Shown piece by piece: positions 8,438-17,496 of a DNA stretch of 64,000 bases (within the stretch, counting starts at the first letter, position 1; the number at the start of each line of letters is the position of its first letter). This stretch comes from Bacillota bacterium (GTDB taxonomy: Bacteria > Bacillota > Ch66 > Ch109). The stretch covers positions 640,001 through 704,000 of the forward strand of contig JBMNLH010000001.1 of NCBI GenBank assembly GCA_050952625.1, read 5' to 3'. The notes under the pieces are model-generated. The model was not told the DNA's origin and did not search any database. It saw only the letters and a list, made by a program, of their open reading frames with translations. Made by a program: the position numbers and the translations under genes.

Positions 8438-9625
8438 TTGAACCTAATAGAATGTATCAGGGTTGCCTTGGGCTCAATCTGGGCCAACAAACTCCGCTCT
8501 GGCTTAACTATGCTCGGTATCATTATTGGGGTAGCAGCGGTAATCTTGGTGGTGTCAATTGGCCAGGGGGGGAAGGAGCAGCTTCTCAAGGAGCTGGAAA
8601 AGATCGGCTCCAATCTGTTTGTCGTTTATGCGATGTCAGTCAGCAATGAGACGATTGGACCAGATGAGCGAATCACCCTGGATGATACTCAGGCGATTTT
8701 AGACCAGGTGCCGACGGTTAAGGCGGTTGCCCCTTCAGCCTACGAGTATGCGGAGGCGGAAACCCGTAAAGAAAAAAAGCAGGTGTTGGTCATTGGCACT
8801 ACGGACGATTACGCAGAGGTCCGTAATGTCCCTTTGGGGCAAGGACATTTTTTCAGTGATCTGGATAGCAGATCAGCCCGGCGGGTCGTGGTAATTGATG
8901 AGCGTCTGGCAGAGGATCTCTTTGGTCGGACTAATCCTATCGGACAAAAGATGATGTTGAAGAAGGTGCCGCTGCTAGTGGTAGGAGTGGTGAAAAACGA
9001 GGAAGGAATGTTTGTTGGCAGCAACCGGAGCCAGGTGTTTATTCCAATTAGCCTGTGGCAGAACCTCTTTAATTCGGCCCGCGTTGATCAACTGGAAATC
9101 AGTGCTGTCAGCAAAGATCAAGTAAAGGAAAGTATGGATAAAACCCTGAAGCTGCTCCATCGCCGGCATAAGAATACTGACCGTTACCGGGCTTTTAGTT
9201 TGGAACAGGAGATGGAAGCGGCTAATCAGGCGATGGGAATTATGACTACCATCATTGGGGCGATTGCTGGCATTTCCCTGGTGGTGGGCGGAATCGGCGT
9301 GATGAATATTATGCTGGTCTCAGTGACCGAACGAACTCGGGAGATTGGGGTGCGGATGGCCTTAGGGGCACGCCGAAAAGATGTCTTAACTCAGTTCTTG
9401 ATTGAGGCGGTGGTGATCAGTATGGTGGGAGGGATTATTGGAATGATCCTGGGCCTGGGCGGGTCAGCCTTGCTGGCTTTGGCCTTAAAGCTGCCCCCGA
9501 TGTTATCCTGGTCACCGGTGCTTTTAGCGTTTACTTTTTCCGCCGCGATCGGTATCTTCTTTGGCATTTACCCAGCTAATAAGGCCGCCAAACTAGATCC
9601 TATTGAAGCACTCCGTTATGAATAA
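8438..9625 (+). CDS. ABC transporter permease, MacB/YknZ family
   Basis: RSGLTMLGIIIGV, VGGIGVMNIMLVSVTERTREIG, KLDPIEALRYE. Confidence 0.95.
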   Translation: MNLIECIRVALGSIWANKLRSGLTMLGIIIGVAAVILVVSIGQGGKEQLLKELEKIGSNLFVVYAMSVSNETIGPDERITLDDTQAILDQVPTVKAVAPSAYEYAEAETRKEKKQVLVIGTTDDYAEVRNVPLGQGHFFSDLDSRSARRVVVIDERLAEDLFGRTNPIGQKMMLKKVPLLVVGVVKNEEGMFVGSNRSQVFIPISLWQNLFNSARVDQLEISAVSKDQVKESMDKTLKLLHRRHKNTDRYRAFSLEQEMEAANQAMGIMTTIIGAIAGISLVVGGIGVMNIMLVSVTERTREIGVRMALGARRKDVLTQFLIEAVVISMVGGIIGMILGLGGSALLALALKLPPMLSWSPVLLAFTFSAAIGIFFGIYPANKAAKLDPIEALRYE

Positions 9626-9659
9626 GCTGGACGGAAGTAATTTAGTCGGGAGTTAATAA

Positions 9660-10328
9660 TTGATGTTAATAAAAGACACCTTGTTGAATATTTACGAATG
9701 TTTATATCAGCATTTTGGGCCCCGTGGGTGGTGGCCGGCGGATACCCCGTGGGAAGTAGCAGTCGGGGCCATTCTCACTCAGAATGTGGCCTGGCGTAAT
9801 GTTGAACAAGCGATAGCTAATTTAAAAGAGGCGAACCTTCTAGGCCTCCAGGAGATGCAACTGGCGACTGAAGAAGAGATTGCCTCCCGGATCAGACCGA
9901 CTCGTTATTATAACACCAAGGCCCGTAAGCTTAAGGTTTTTGTTAATTATTTAACTGAGCACTACGCCGGCGAACTGAGCAACCTTTGGCATCAACCTCT
10001 AGAGAAGCTGCGTTTGGAACTGCTGAATCTTTGGGGATTGGGACCAGAGACCGTTGATTCTATTTTGTTGTACGCCGGCAATCAACCGGTTTTTGTGGTC
10101 GATGCCTATACCCGGCGCATCTTTAACCGACTGGGGCTACTGCCCGAGAAGGTGACCTATGCTGAGATGCAACGATTTTTTATGGATCATCTGCCGGTAG
10201 AAGTAAAATTATACAACGAATATCATGCCCTGATTGATGCCCTTGGCAACCGACTCTGTTTAAACCGATCGCCAAAATGTCACCTTTGTCCATTGGCCGA
10301 TCAGTGTCAGGGCAAGACCCCAGCTTAG
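9660..10328 (+). CDS. HhH-GPD endonuclease III-related DNA glycosylase with C-terminal Fe-S motif
   Basis: WWPA..GAILTQN, GLGPETVDSILLY, VVDAYT, C-x7-C-x2-C-x5-C (CLNRSPKCHLCPLADQC). Confidence 0.9.
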   Translation: MMLIKDTLLNIYECLYQHFGPRGWWPADTPWEVAVGAILTQNVAWRNVEQAIANLKEANLLGLQEMQLATEEEIASRIRPTRYYNTKARKLKVFVNYLTEHYAGELSNLWHQPLEKLRLELLNLWGLGPETVDSILLYAGNQPVFVVDAYTRRIFNRLGLLPEKVTYAEMQRFFMDHLPVEVKLYNEYHALIDALGNRLCLNRSPKCHLCPLADQCQGKTPA

Positions 10329-10349
10329 CAAGGCCCCTGCCAAGATCTT

Positions 10350-10470
10350 GCGTTATTTCTTTTCTCAGGCGAGCCGGCTGATCGAGTAAAAAGTTGGCCG
10401 CACATCATTTTGCGCAGGCCGGCGATTGGCGATTGGCATCAGAAAACGGAAGCGGCGGAGAATTAGCTGG
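10350..10470 (+). repeat. Family A element, degenerate fragments (3' part followed by 5' part)
   Basis: 10417-10470 matches 36285-36338 at roughly 40 of 54 positions by manual count; 10361-10392 resembles CAGTCTGCTGACCGAGTTAAAA. Confidence 0.6.
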
Positions 10471-10545
10471 ATGGTAAAGTTCACCAGGATTCCCATCTGT
10501 AGTATACTCTTAACAAAAGGTTTATAGTTATTACAAATAGTATTA

Positions 10546-12060
10546 ATGAGGGGGGATTCCAGGGTGGAACACTATACTGAAATAGATAAGATTAAACTGG
10601 CAGTCTATGAAGAAGTTGCCCGGTTAGCTCTCCAAGAGCAGCTTAGACAACGCATTGACGAACTACCCTTTCTGATTGTCGAACGAGAACAGCCGACCAG
10701 CCGCTGTTGTGTCTATCACGAACGGGCGGTTGTTACCGAGAGAATTCGGTTGGCTATGGGGCTTGACCGGCGAAAACGGCGGGAGACCGAACGCCTGTCA
10801 GAGGTTGTTGATCAGGCTTTAGCCCTGGATAGACCTGAAGAGCCGATGATCGTGGTGATTGAGTCTGCCTGTGATGCCTGTCCCATCGACCGGTTTATGG
10901 TTACTGATGCCTGTCGCAATTGTATGGCTCATGCCTGTAAAAATGTGTGCCCCAAGCAGGCGATTGTTATTGCTAATCAACGGGCCTATATTGACCAGGA
11001 GCGCTGTATTGAATGTGGGAAATGCGCCCAAGCCTGTCCGTTTAACGCTATTGCGGAGGTGGTCCGGCCGTGCATGCGGGCTTGTGGGATCGGAGCCATT
11101 CAAGGACACCGTGACCGTAAGACGATTATTGATTATCGCAAGTGTGTTAGTTGTGGTCATTGTGCCCGGGCGTGTCCCTTCGGGGCCATTGCTGACAAGT
11201 CGGCGATTGTTCAAGTAATCGGGCTCCTGAAAAAGGAGGAACCGGTTTACGCTGCCATTGCTCCTTCTTTTATCGGTCAGTTTGGGCGCGGGATAGTTCC
11301 AGAACAACTACGGGCTGCTTTCCGGCAACTAGGATTTGCGGATATGATTGAGGTCGCGATCGGAGCCGATTTAGTCGCTTTAGAGGAAGCCCATGAACTG
11401 ATTAACGAGGTACCCGGGCAAAAACCTTTTGCCATCACCACTTGCTGTCCATCTTTTCGGACTCTAGTGGAAAAGCATCATTCTAAAATCAAGGGTAATT
11501 TGTTCGACTCTCAATCACCGATGGTGCTTACCGGTCAGTTGATCAAAGAGAAACTGCCCCGGGCTCGGGTCGTTTTTATTGGACCTTGCGTGGCGAAAAA
11601 AGTTGAAGCCCTGCAAAGTCCGGCTCGAGAGGCCATTGATGCGGTTTTGACTTTTGAGGAAATGATGGCCATATTTAAAGCCGGGGAGATTAATTTAGCG
11701 GCCATGGAAAGCTGTCGCGGGGAGTGGGAAGCATCACGGACCGGCCGAATATTTGCCCGGTCTGGAGGAGTAACCGAGGCTTTAATTAGTACGGTTAAAA
11801 AAATTAACCCCACCAAAGAGGTTAACCCGGTCCGGGTAGAAGGAATAAAGAATTGTGATAAGCTTTTACGGACCGCCGAAGCCGGACGATTAACCAATAA
11901 TTTGGTTGAAGGCATGGCCTGCACCGGCGGATGTGTGGGCGGACCGGGAACGATGATCAAGGAAGTAGTGGCAACGAAGTTGGTCAACGATTATAGCCAG
12001 AAGTCCCCTTACTTTTATAGTCTGGATAATCCATTGGCCACCAAGCCAAAAGAAAAATAA
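10546..12060 (+). CDS. Monomeric [FeFe]-hydrogenase (group B-like) with ferredoxin-type [4Fe-4S] domains
   Basis: H-cluster motifs TTCCPSF, GPCVAKKVE, EGMACTGGCVGGPG; CxxCxxCxxxCP motifs; N-terminal CCVYHERAVV. Confidence 0.85.
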   Translation: MRGDSRVEHYTEIDKIKLAVYEEVARLALQEQLRQRIDELPFLIVEREQPTSRCCVYHERAVVTERIRLAMGLDRRKRRETERLSEVVDQALALDRPEEPMIVVIESACDACPIDRFMVTDACRNCMAHACKNVCPKQAIVIANQRAYIDQERCIECGKCAQACPFNAIAEVVRPCMRACGIGAIQGHRDRKTIIDYRKCVSCGHCARACPFGAIADKSAIVQVIGLLKKEEPVYAAIAPSFIGQFGRGIVPEQLRAAFRQLGFADMIEVAIGADLVALEEAHELINEVPGQKPFAITTCCPSFRTLVEKHHSKIKGNLFDSQSPMVLTGQLIKEKLPRARVVFIGPCVAKKVEALQSPAREAIDAVLTFEEMMAIFKAGEINLAAMESCRGEWEASRTGRIFARSGGVTEALISTVKKINPTKEVNPVRVEGIKNCDKLLRTAEAGRLTNNLVEGMACTGGCVGGPGTMIKEVVATKLVNDYSQKSPYFYSLDNPLATKPKEK

Positions 12061-12249
12061 CTCCTGGCATTTTTTGATAAATTATGGTAGGATGCAGGTA
12101 GAAAATATAGCGTGCGGCGTAAAAAACGAGGTCAGGTTGAATTCAGCTTAATTACTCATCTGCGTTAACCATCAGATAATGTTGACATCTTATTTCTCTA
12201 GTGCTAAGTATATGGAACCCTTAAATAATAAATGGAGGTGATATTATTA

Positions 12250-12681
12250 ATGCTAGTTAAACAAATTTCTGTATTTTTAGAGAATAAGTATGGACGTTTA
12301 GCGGCGGTTACTAAGGTTCTCGGCGATGCCGACATTAACATTCGAGCCCTGTCGATTGCAGATACGGCGGATTTTGGTATTCTTCGGTTAATTGTCAATC
12401 ATCCGAAGAAAGCATATGAAGTGCTTAAGGCGGCCCGGTTCACCGTCAGTGAAACTGATGTTATTGCGGTTGAGGTTAAGGATGTCCCGGGAGGACTGGC
12501 ATCAGTGCTGCAACTAATGGCTGAGTCTCAAATTAATATTGAGTATATGTATGCTTTTCTCGCTCGGGCTTCTGAAGATGCTTTGGTAGTTTTTCGGGTA
12601 GAACGCCCTGTGGAGGCAATCAGTATTTTATTGAAAAAAGGGATTAAGATCCTTAGTGGTGAAAAAATTTACCAGATTTAA
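12250..12681 (+). CDS. Tandem ACT-domain (amino acid-binding) protein
   Basis: KQISVFLENKYGRL...INIRALSIADT.DFGILRL...INIEYMYAF; SD GGAGGTG before ATG 12250. Confidence 0.9.
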   Translation: MLVKQISVFLENKYGRLAAVTKVLGDADINIRALSIADTADFGILRLIVNHPKKAYEVLKAARFTVSETDVIAVEVKDVPGGLASVLQLMAESQINIEYMYAFLARASEDALVVFRVERPVEAISILLKKGIKILSGEKIYQI

Positions 12682-12714
12682 GATCAACAGCTAAAAGATT
12701 TCAGATACCCTATC

Positions 12715-12749
12715 ATGTGTTCCCGATTACCCCGGGGACATTTTTTTTT
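12715..12749 (+). terminator. Intrinsic terminator
   Basis: TGTTCCCG/CGGGGACA stem followed by T9. Confidence 0.8.
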
Positions 12750-12914
12750 GCTCGATAGCCTTGTGTTTAGGCGATAGCTGACCTTTTACTTAATTTACCA
12801 GGAGATAGGTCCTTTTTCTCAGGATTTTTCGTGAATCCATCGTGATTGCATCCCAGGACATAAGCACTGAATTTCAAATATTATCCTCATTTTACTAATT
12901 AGAACATGTGATCG

Positions 12915-12941
12915 AAAGGAAATAAGTTGAGGTTAGCGAAT
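12915..12941 (+). promoter_or_regulatory. SigH-like promoter upstream of mraZ
   Basis: AAAGGAAAT...GCGAAT, i.e. AGGA-N17-GAAT. Confidence 0.5.
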
Positions 12942-12945
12942 TATA

Positions 12946-12969
12946 GTGGAGTGAAGTGGGGAGAAGTGG
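12946..12969 (+). promoter_or_regulatory. MraZ binding repeats
   Basis: Three GTGG boxes at exact 10-bp periodicity (12946, 12956, 12966) upstream of mraZ. Confidence 0.85.
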
Positions 12970-13000
12970 TCCAATAATGCTAGGTAGTGGGGTGCTGGGT

Positions 13001-13438
13001 ATGTTCATGGGAGAGTATCAACACTCGATCGATACTAAAGGGCGCTTGATCATCCCAGCTAAATTTCGCGAGCGATTAGGTGAGAAATTTATCGCTACCA
13101 AAGGTTTGGATCACTGCTTATTTCTTTATCCCATGAGTGAATGGGAAACAATAGAACAAAAATTAAAAAATCTTCCCTTTACCCGGGCTGATGTACGGGC
13201 TTTTGTAAGGTTATTCTTTTCGGGGGCAGCGGAATGCGAATTAGATCGACAAGGCCGGATTCTTTTGTCGTCTAACCTGAGGCAATTTGCTCGGATTGAA
13301 AGGGATGTCGTGATTATTGGGGTATCCTCCCGAGTGGAGATTTGGTCTTTAGAAGAATGGAATCGTTATAATCAGCAAGCAGAAGAGGCTTATGAAAATA
13401 TTGCCGAAAGCATTGTCGGTTTAGATTTGGGACTTTAA
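13001..13438 (+). CDS. mraZ: Division/cell wall cluster repressor MraZ
   Basis: [30 protein letters not shown]; start moved to ATG 13001. Confidence 0.97.
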   Translation: MFMGEYQHSIDTKGRLIIPAKFRERLGEKFIATKGLDHCLFLYPMSEWETIEQKLKNLPFTRADVRAFVRLFFSGAAECELDRQGRILLSSNLRQFARIERDVVIIGVSSRVEIWSLEEWNRYNQQAEEAYENIAESIVGLDLGL

Positions 13439-13465
13439 AGGGAAGATCTGAAAGGTAAGAGCATA

Positions 13466-14398
13466 ATGATCGGACATATACCAGTTTTACTCAAAGAAGT
13501 ACTTGAGCTTTTGAATCTGCAGAACGATGGAATCTATGTTGACTGCACCCTAGGAGGTGGGGGCCATACACAACAAATTCTAAAAAAGTTGGGCCCCCGG
13601 GGTTTGGTAGTTGGCATTGACCAGGACTCCAGGACCCTAGCCATTACCAAAGCCAAGTTAAGTAGATATAGCGAAAGAGTCAAGTATGTCCAGGGCAATT
13701 TCCGATATCTAAAAATGTACCTGAATCAATTAGGGATCGCGCAGGTAAACGGCATCCTTTTTGATCTAGGGGTATCCTCCTTTCAGTTAGATGAAGGTGA
13801 ACGGGGCTTCAGCTATCAGCAGGATGCAGTGCTAGACATGCGCATGGATCCCCAAAACCCGATCTTAGCTAAAGATTTGGTAAATCAGAGCTCAGAGGAT
13901 ACTTTGGCTCAGATCATTCGCGATTATGGGGAGGAGCGCTGGGCCCGTCGGATAGCTAAATTTATTGTGGCCAAAAGAAATCAGAAACCAATAAAGACTA
14001 CTACAGAACTAGTCGAAGTTATTAAAGACGCCATCCCTGCTTCAGCCCGCCGGACCGGACCTCATCCGGCGCGGCGTACTTTCCAGGCGTTAAGGATCGC
14101 CGTTAATGACGAACTTAAAGTCTTGCAAGAGGCTTTAAACCAGGCCATTGAATGCTTGGCCCCCGGTGGAAGGTTAGTCGTCATCTCTTTTCATTCCCTG
14201 GAAGACCGGTTGGTAAAGGATACTTTTCGGCAACAGGCCAATCCCTGTGAATGTCCGCCTGATTTTCCGGTTTGCCGGTGCGGGAAGCAACCAGTCTTAC
14301 GCTTAATCACTCGTAAACCGGTGTTGCCATCAGCGGATGAGTTAAGGATTAACCCTCGTTCCCGGAGTGCCCGTTTAAGATCAGCGGAAAAGATTTAG
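13466..14398 (+). CDS. rsmH: 16S rRNA m4C1402 methyltransferase
   Basis: HIPVLL, DCTLGGGGH, DLGVSS.Q, FQALRIAVN, SFHSLEDR, NPRSRSARLR. Confidence 0.97.
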   Translation: MIGHIPVLLKEVLELLNLQNDGIYVDCTLGGGGHTQQILKKLGPRGLVVGIDQDSRTLAITKAKLSRYSERVKYVQGNFRYLKMYLNQLGIAQVNGILFDLGVSSFQLDEGERGFSYQQDAVLDMRMDPQNPILAKDLVNQSSEDTLAQIIRDYGEERWARRIAKFIVAKRNQKPIKTTTELVEVIKDAIPASARRTGPHPARRTFQALRIAVNDELKVLQEALNQAIECLAPGGRLVVISFHSLEDRLVKDTFRQQANPCECPPDFPVCRCGKQPVLRLITRKPVLPSADELRINPRSRSARLRSAEKI

Positions 14399-14437
14399 TG
14401 TCTGGTTAGTTCTAATGGAAAGAGAGGTTGAATAATC

Positions 14438-15052
14438 TTGGTACTGGCACAGGAAAAATATCCTTATGATGAACAATCAATGGCAGAGGTTCGGGATACT
14501 GTTACCGCTCATTCTGTTCGACCATCCCGAGTTAAACGCCGCCGGAGCCTTGAATTAAAGTTTGGCTCAAAGGTTTTTCTGTCGACCATTATTATTGGTT
14601 TGTTTTTCCTGACGGGGATTGCTCTGGCCTGTTGTTGTATTTATCCTACCCGATTAGGTTACCAGATTGTCACCTTGGAACAGGAGATTGCCGCTCTGGA
14701 ACAAGAACAGAAAGTTTTAAAGCTCCGAGTGGCTCAAGCTCAATCGCCGGAACGGATTGAGCATATTGCCCGGTATCAGTTAGCAATGGTCCCAGCTAAG
14801 GAAGGGGGAGTTCGCGTAATCGAGTCAACCGCACCGTCATACTCAGGAGAGGCCGGTAATGATTTTAACATGTCTGTGGGGGCGGCCTCGGCTCATGACG
14901 GAACTAACGAGATGCAAGTTGCGGTTAATTCAAAGACCGGTGATCAGACTGGTCTGGCAGCTAACCCGATTATTCTGACAACTGCTCAGGTTATTTCCGA
15001 TAAGATAATGGCTATTGCAGATATTAAAAAATCGAAATACATAAATGATTAA
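14438..15052 (+). CDS. ftsL: FtsL-like cell division protein with long C-terminal extension
   Basis: Lies between rsmH and the PBP; basic region, one TM, coiled coil ending SPERIEHIARYQLAMV. Confidence 0.7.
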   Translation: MVLAQEKYPYDEQSMAEVRDTVTAHSVRPSRVKRRRSLELKFGSKVFLSTIIIGLFFLTGIALACCCIYPTRLGYQIVTLEQEIAALEQEQKVLKLRVAQAQSPERIEHIARYQLAMVPAKEGGVRVIESTAPSYSGEAGNDFNMSVGAASAHDGTNEMQVAVNSKTGDQTGLAANPIILTTAQVISDKIMAIADIKKSKYIND

Positions 15053-15183
15053 AATTAGATCAAGCTTAAATGAAAAACGTGCCGGTTTTGACACATCAAA
15101 GTACCATTTTTGTACACTGAGACTTTACTTATTTTTGCCGCTAGTACTGCTCTGGGCGGCATTTATTTCGAGGTGGCACCTTA

Positions 15184-17319
15184 ATGCACACTACCGTGAG
15201 TATCCGCAAAAGAATTTATTATTTGTTTCTCATTCTGGGAGTGATATTAATTGGTTTGTCCCTGCGTCTAGGATGGGTACAGTTTGTCCGGGGCGATGAA
15301 TTATCCCAAATGGCCTTGGATAACCGCATGCGAGATGTGCCGGTAGAAGCCAAACGAGGGACGATTTACGATCGAAACCGTAAGGAACTAGCCCTTAGTA
15401 TCAGTTCTGATGCTCTATATGCTATTCCTCCAGAGGTGCGCCAGTCTGGTCAGGCCAAAGAAATAGCGGCGCAACTGGCTCAGATCCTTCAAATGGATGA
15501 GGCCTCTTTACTTGAACGGATAACCAAAAATTCTCGACATGAGTGGATAAAACTAAAGGTTCCGCCGGACCAGGTAACGGAAATAAAAAAACTCAGACTC
15601 CCGGGCATTGATTTTGCGGAAAAAAGCCAGCGATTTTATCCGAAAGATAATTTAGCGGCCCATGTATTAGGTATTTCCGGCATTGATAATACTGGGTTAG
15701 AGGGAATAGACAAGTACTATGATAAAGAACTGGGCGGAGAACCGGGCCGGATTGTTATTGAATATGATGCCAAAGGCCGAGAAATACCGCAGGCTATGCA
15801 TATGTATATCCCGCCGGTTGACGGAAAAAATCTGGTTTTAACCATTGACGAAACCATCCAATATATTGCCGAACGGGAATTGGATAAGGTATACCAGGAA
15901 CGACAGCCAAAGAGTGCGAGCATTATCGTTATGGACCCAAACACCGGGGAAATATTGGCTTTAGCCTGTCGGCCGGACTTTAACCCGAATGATTATGCTA
16001 GTTTTCCGGCGGCTAACCGACGAAATATCGCGGCCTGCAATGCTTACGAACCCGGTTCGGTTTTTAAAATTGTCACAGCCGCCGCCGCTTTAGATGAGGG
16101 AGCGGTTCGGCCGGAAACCGCGTTTCACTGCTCTGGCGGGCTGCCAGTGGGACGGCATACTATTCACTGTTCACAGCATCGGGCGCACGGAGCCGAAAGT
16201 TTTAGGGAAGTAGTGGCCAATTCCTGCAACGTCGGCTTTGCCTCACTAGGGCTTCGCCTAGGAGTTGAACCATTTTATAACTATTTACGGGCTTTTGGGT
16301 TCGGCCAGAAAACTGGTCTTGAACTGCCGGGGGAGGCGGTTGGCATTCTGGTACCCCAGAACCAGGCCAAGGATATTCACCTGGCCACCATGGCGATGGG
16401 TCAGGCTAATGCGGTTACCCCAATCCAAATGTTGACCGCAGTTTGTGCAGCCATTAATGGCGGCAATTTAATGAAACCGCAGTTGGTTAAGTCTATCCTG
16501 AACGCCGAGGGAGAGGTTATTCAGGAGATAGAACCTCAAGTGGTCCGACGGGTTATTTCCAATAAAACATCCGAAGAATTAAGAGTTATCTTAGAAGGCG
16601 TGGTAGCTGATGGGACCGGACGAAATGGGCAGGTTGAGGGATATCGAGTAGGCGGTAAAACCGGTACAGCGCAAAAGGCGGCTCCAGGGGGAGGATACCT
16701 GACTAATGAGTATGTGGCCTCTTTTGTTGGGTTTGCTCCAACCGATCAACCTCGAATAGCGGTGTTAGTTATTGTCGATGCTCCTCAAGGTTATCCCTAT
16801 TTTGGCGGATGGGTTGCGGCCCCGGTTTTCCGGGAAGTAGTCAAAGATACCCTGCGCTACCTGGGAGTTCCCTATCAGTTGCCGCTTGAAAGTACTACGC
16901 CAGACATGGCCGGCGGAGCAGCTGCGACCAAGCAAGGGGTGACGGTGCCGGAAGTAGTTGGGTTGTCCGTCGCCGATGCAGAAAGGGCGATTGCCAAAGC
17001 CAATTTAACACCGGTCATTGAGGGTGAGGGAGAAAGGGTCTGGGGACAGACCCCTCAGGGTTCGGCCCTGGTCAAGTCAAAAACCCGGGTATTATTATAT
17101 ACTGGGCCAAATGAGGCTGCAAACGAAAGCAAGCAAGAGGTTACCGTGCCGGATGTGACCGGACAGACGATCCGTCAGGCCGGGCAGACTCTGGGGAATG
17201 CCGGCTTAAGAGTAACCACAGTGGGTAGTGGAGTAGCGGTGCGTCAGAGTATCAAGCCGGGGACCGTGGTTAAAGCTGGGACGGTAATTACCGTCGAGTT
17301 TGAACCGGCAACTAGTTGA
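15184..17319 (+). CDS. spoVD: Class B penicillin-binding protein SpoVD/FtsI with two PASTA domains
   Basis: RGTIYDRN, EPGSVFK (SxxK), SCN, KTGTAQ, two C-terminal PASTA repeats. Confidence 0.9.
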   Translation: MHTTVSIRKRIYYLFLILGVILIGLSLRLGWVQFVRGDELSQMALDNRMRDVPVEAKRGTIYDRNRKELALSISSDALYAIPPEVRQSGQAKEIAAQLAQILQMDEASLLERITKNSRHEWIKLKVPPDQVTEIKKLRLPGIDFAEKSQRFYPKDNLAAHVLGISGIDNTGLEGIDKYYDKELGGEPGRIVIEYDAKGREIPQAMHMYIPPVDGKNLVLTIDETIQYIAERELDKVYQERQPKSASIIVMDPNTGEILALACRPDFNPNDYASFPAANRRNIAACNAYEPGSVFKIVTAAAALDEGAVRPETAFHCSGGLPVGRHTIHCSQHRAHGAESFREVVANSCNVGFASLGLRLGVEPFYNYLRAFGFGQKTGLELPGEAVGILVPQNQAKDIHLATMAMGQANAVTPIQMLTAVCAAINGGNLMKPQLVKSILNAEGEVIQEIEPQVVRRVISNKTSEELRVILEGVVADGTGRNGQVEGYRVGGKTGTAQKAAPGGGYLTNEYVASFVGFAPTDQPRIAVLVIVDAPQGYPYFGGWVAAPVFREVVKDTLRYLGVPYQLPLESTTPDMAGGAAATKQGVTVPEVVGLSVADAERAIAKANLTPVIEGEGERVWGQTPQGSALVKSKTRVLLYTGPNEAANESKQEVTVPDVTGQTIRQAGQTLGNAGLRVTTVGSGVAVRQSIKPGTVVKAGTVITVEFEPATS

Positions 17320-17363
17320 ACTTACTCAATAAGGTTACCAATAAGGCTCAATTTTGTTTTCCC

Positions 17364-17391
17364 TTGACAGAAAAAGGATCCGAATTATACT
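17364..17391 (+). promoter_or_regulatory. SigA-type promoter upstream of murE
   Basis: TTGACA-N16-TATACT. Confidence 0.6.
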
Positions 17392-17496
17392 GTTTAGGGA
17401 AGGATGAAGATACTAAGGTAGCTTTGAGCTTGAATTAGGAAATATTGGTTAATAATAGTAACAGGCTTTATACTATAATTAAGGAGGGACCACCCA

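Noticed and set aside
8356-8649. 97-aa ORF overlapping the permease start
   Set aside because: Alternative frame over a well-conserved gene; no SD or recognisable motif.
10499-10516. Possible Rex operator upstream of the hydrogenase
   Set aside because: Only one half-site (TTAACAA) matches.
10819-11987. Antisense and alternative-frame ORFs of 119-162 aa inside the hydrogenase (and similar shadow ORFs in murA, spoIIGA, ileS, UPF0210, pyrB)
   Set aside because: Fully nested in conserved genes; typical shadow ORFs with no motifs.
12110-12146. Possible further family A copy (also 53145-53170 and 59600-59650)
   Set aside because: Similarity too weak to support by eye.
17328-17352. CAATAAGG repeated twice upstream of the murE promoter
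   Set aside because: Too short to distinguish from chance; no known motif.
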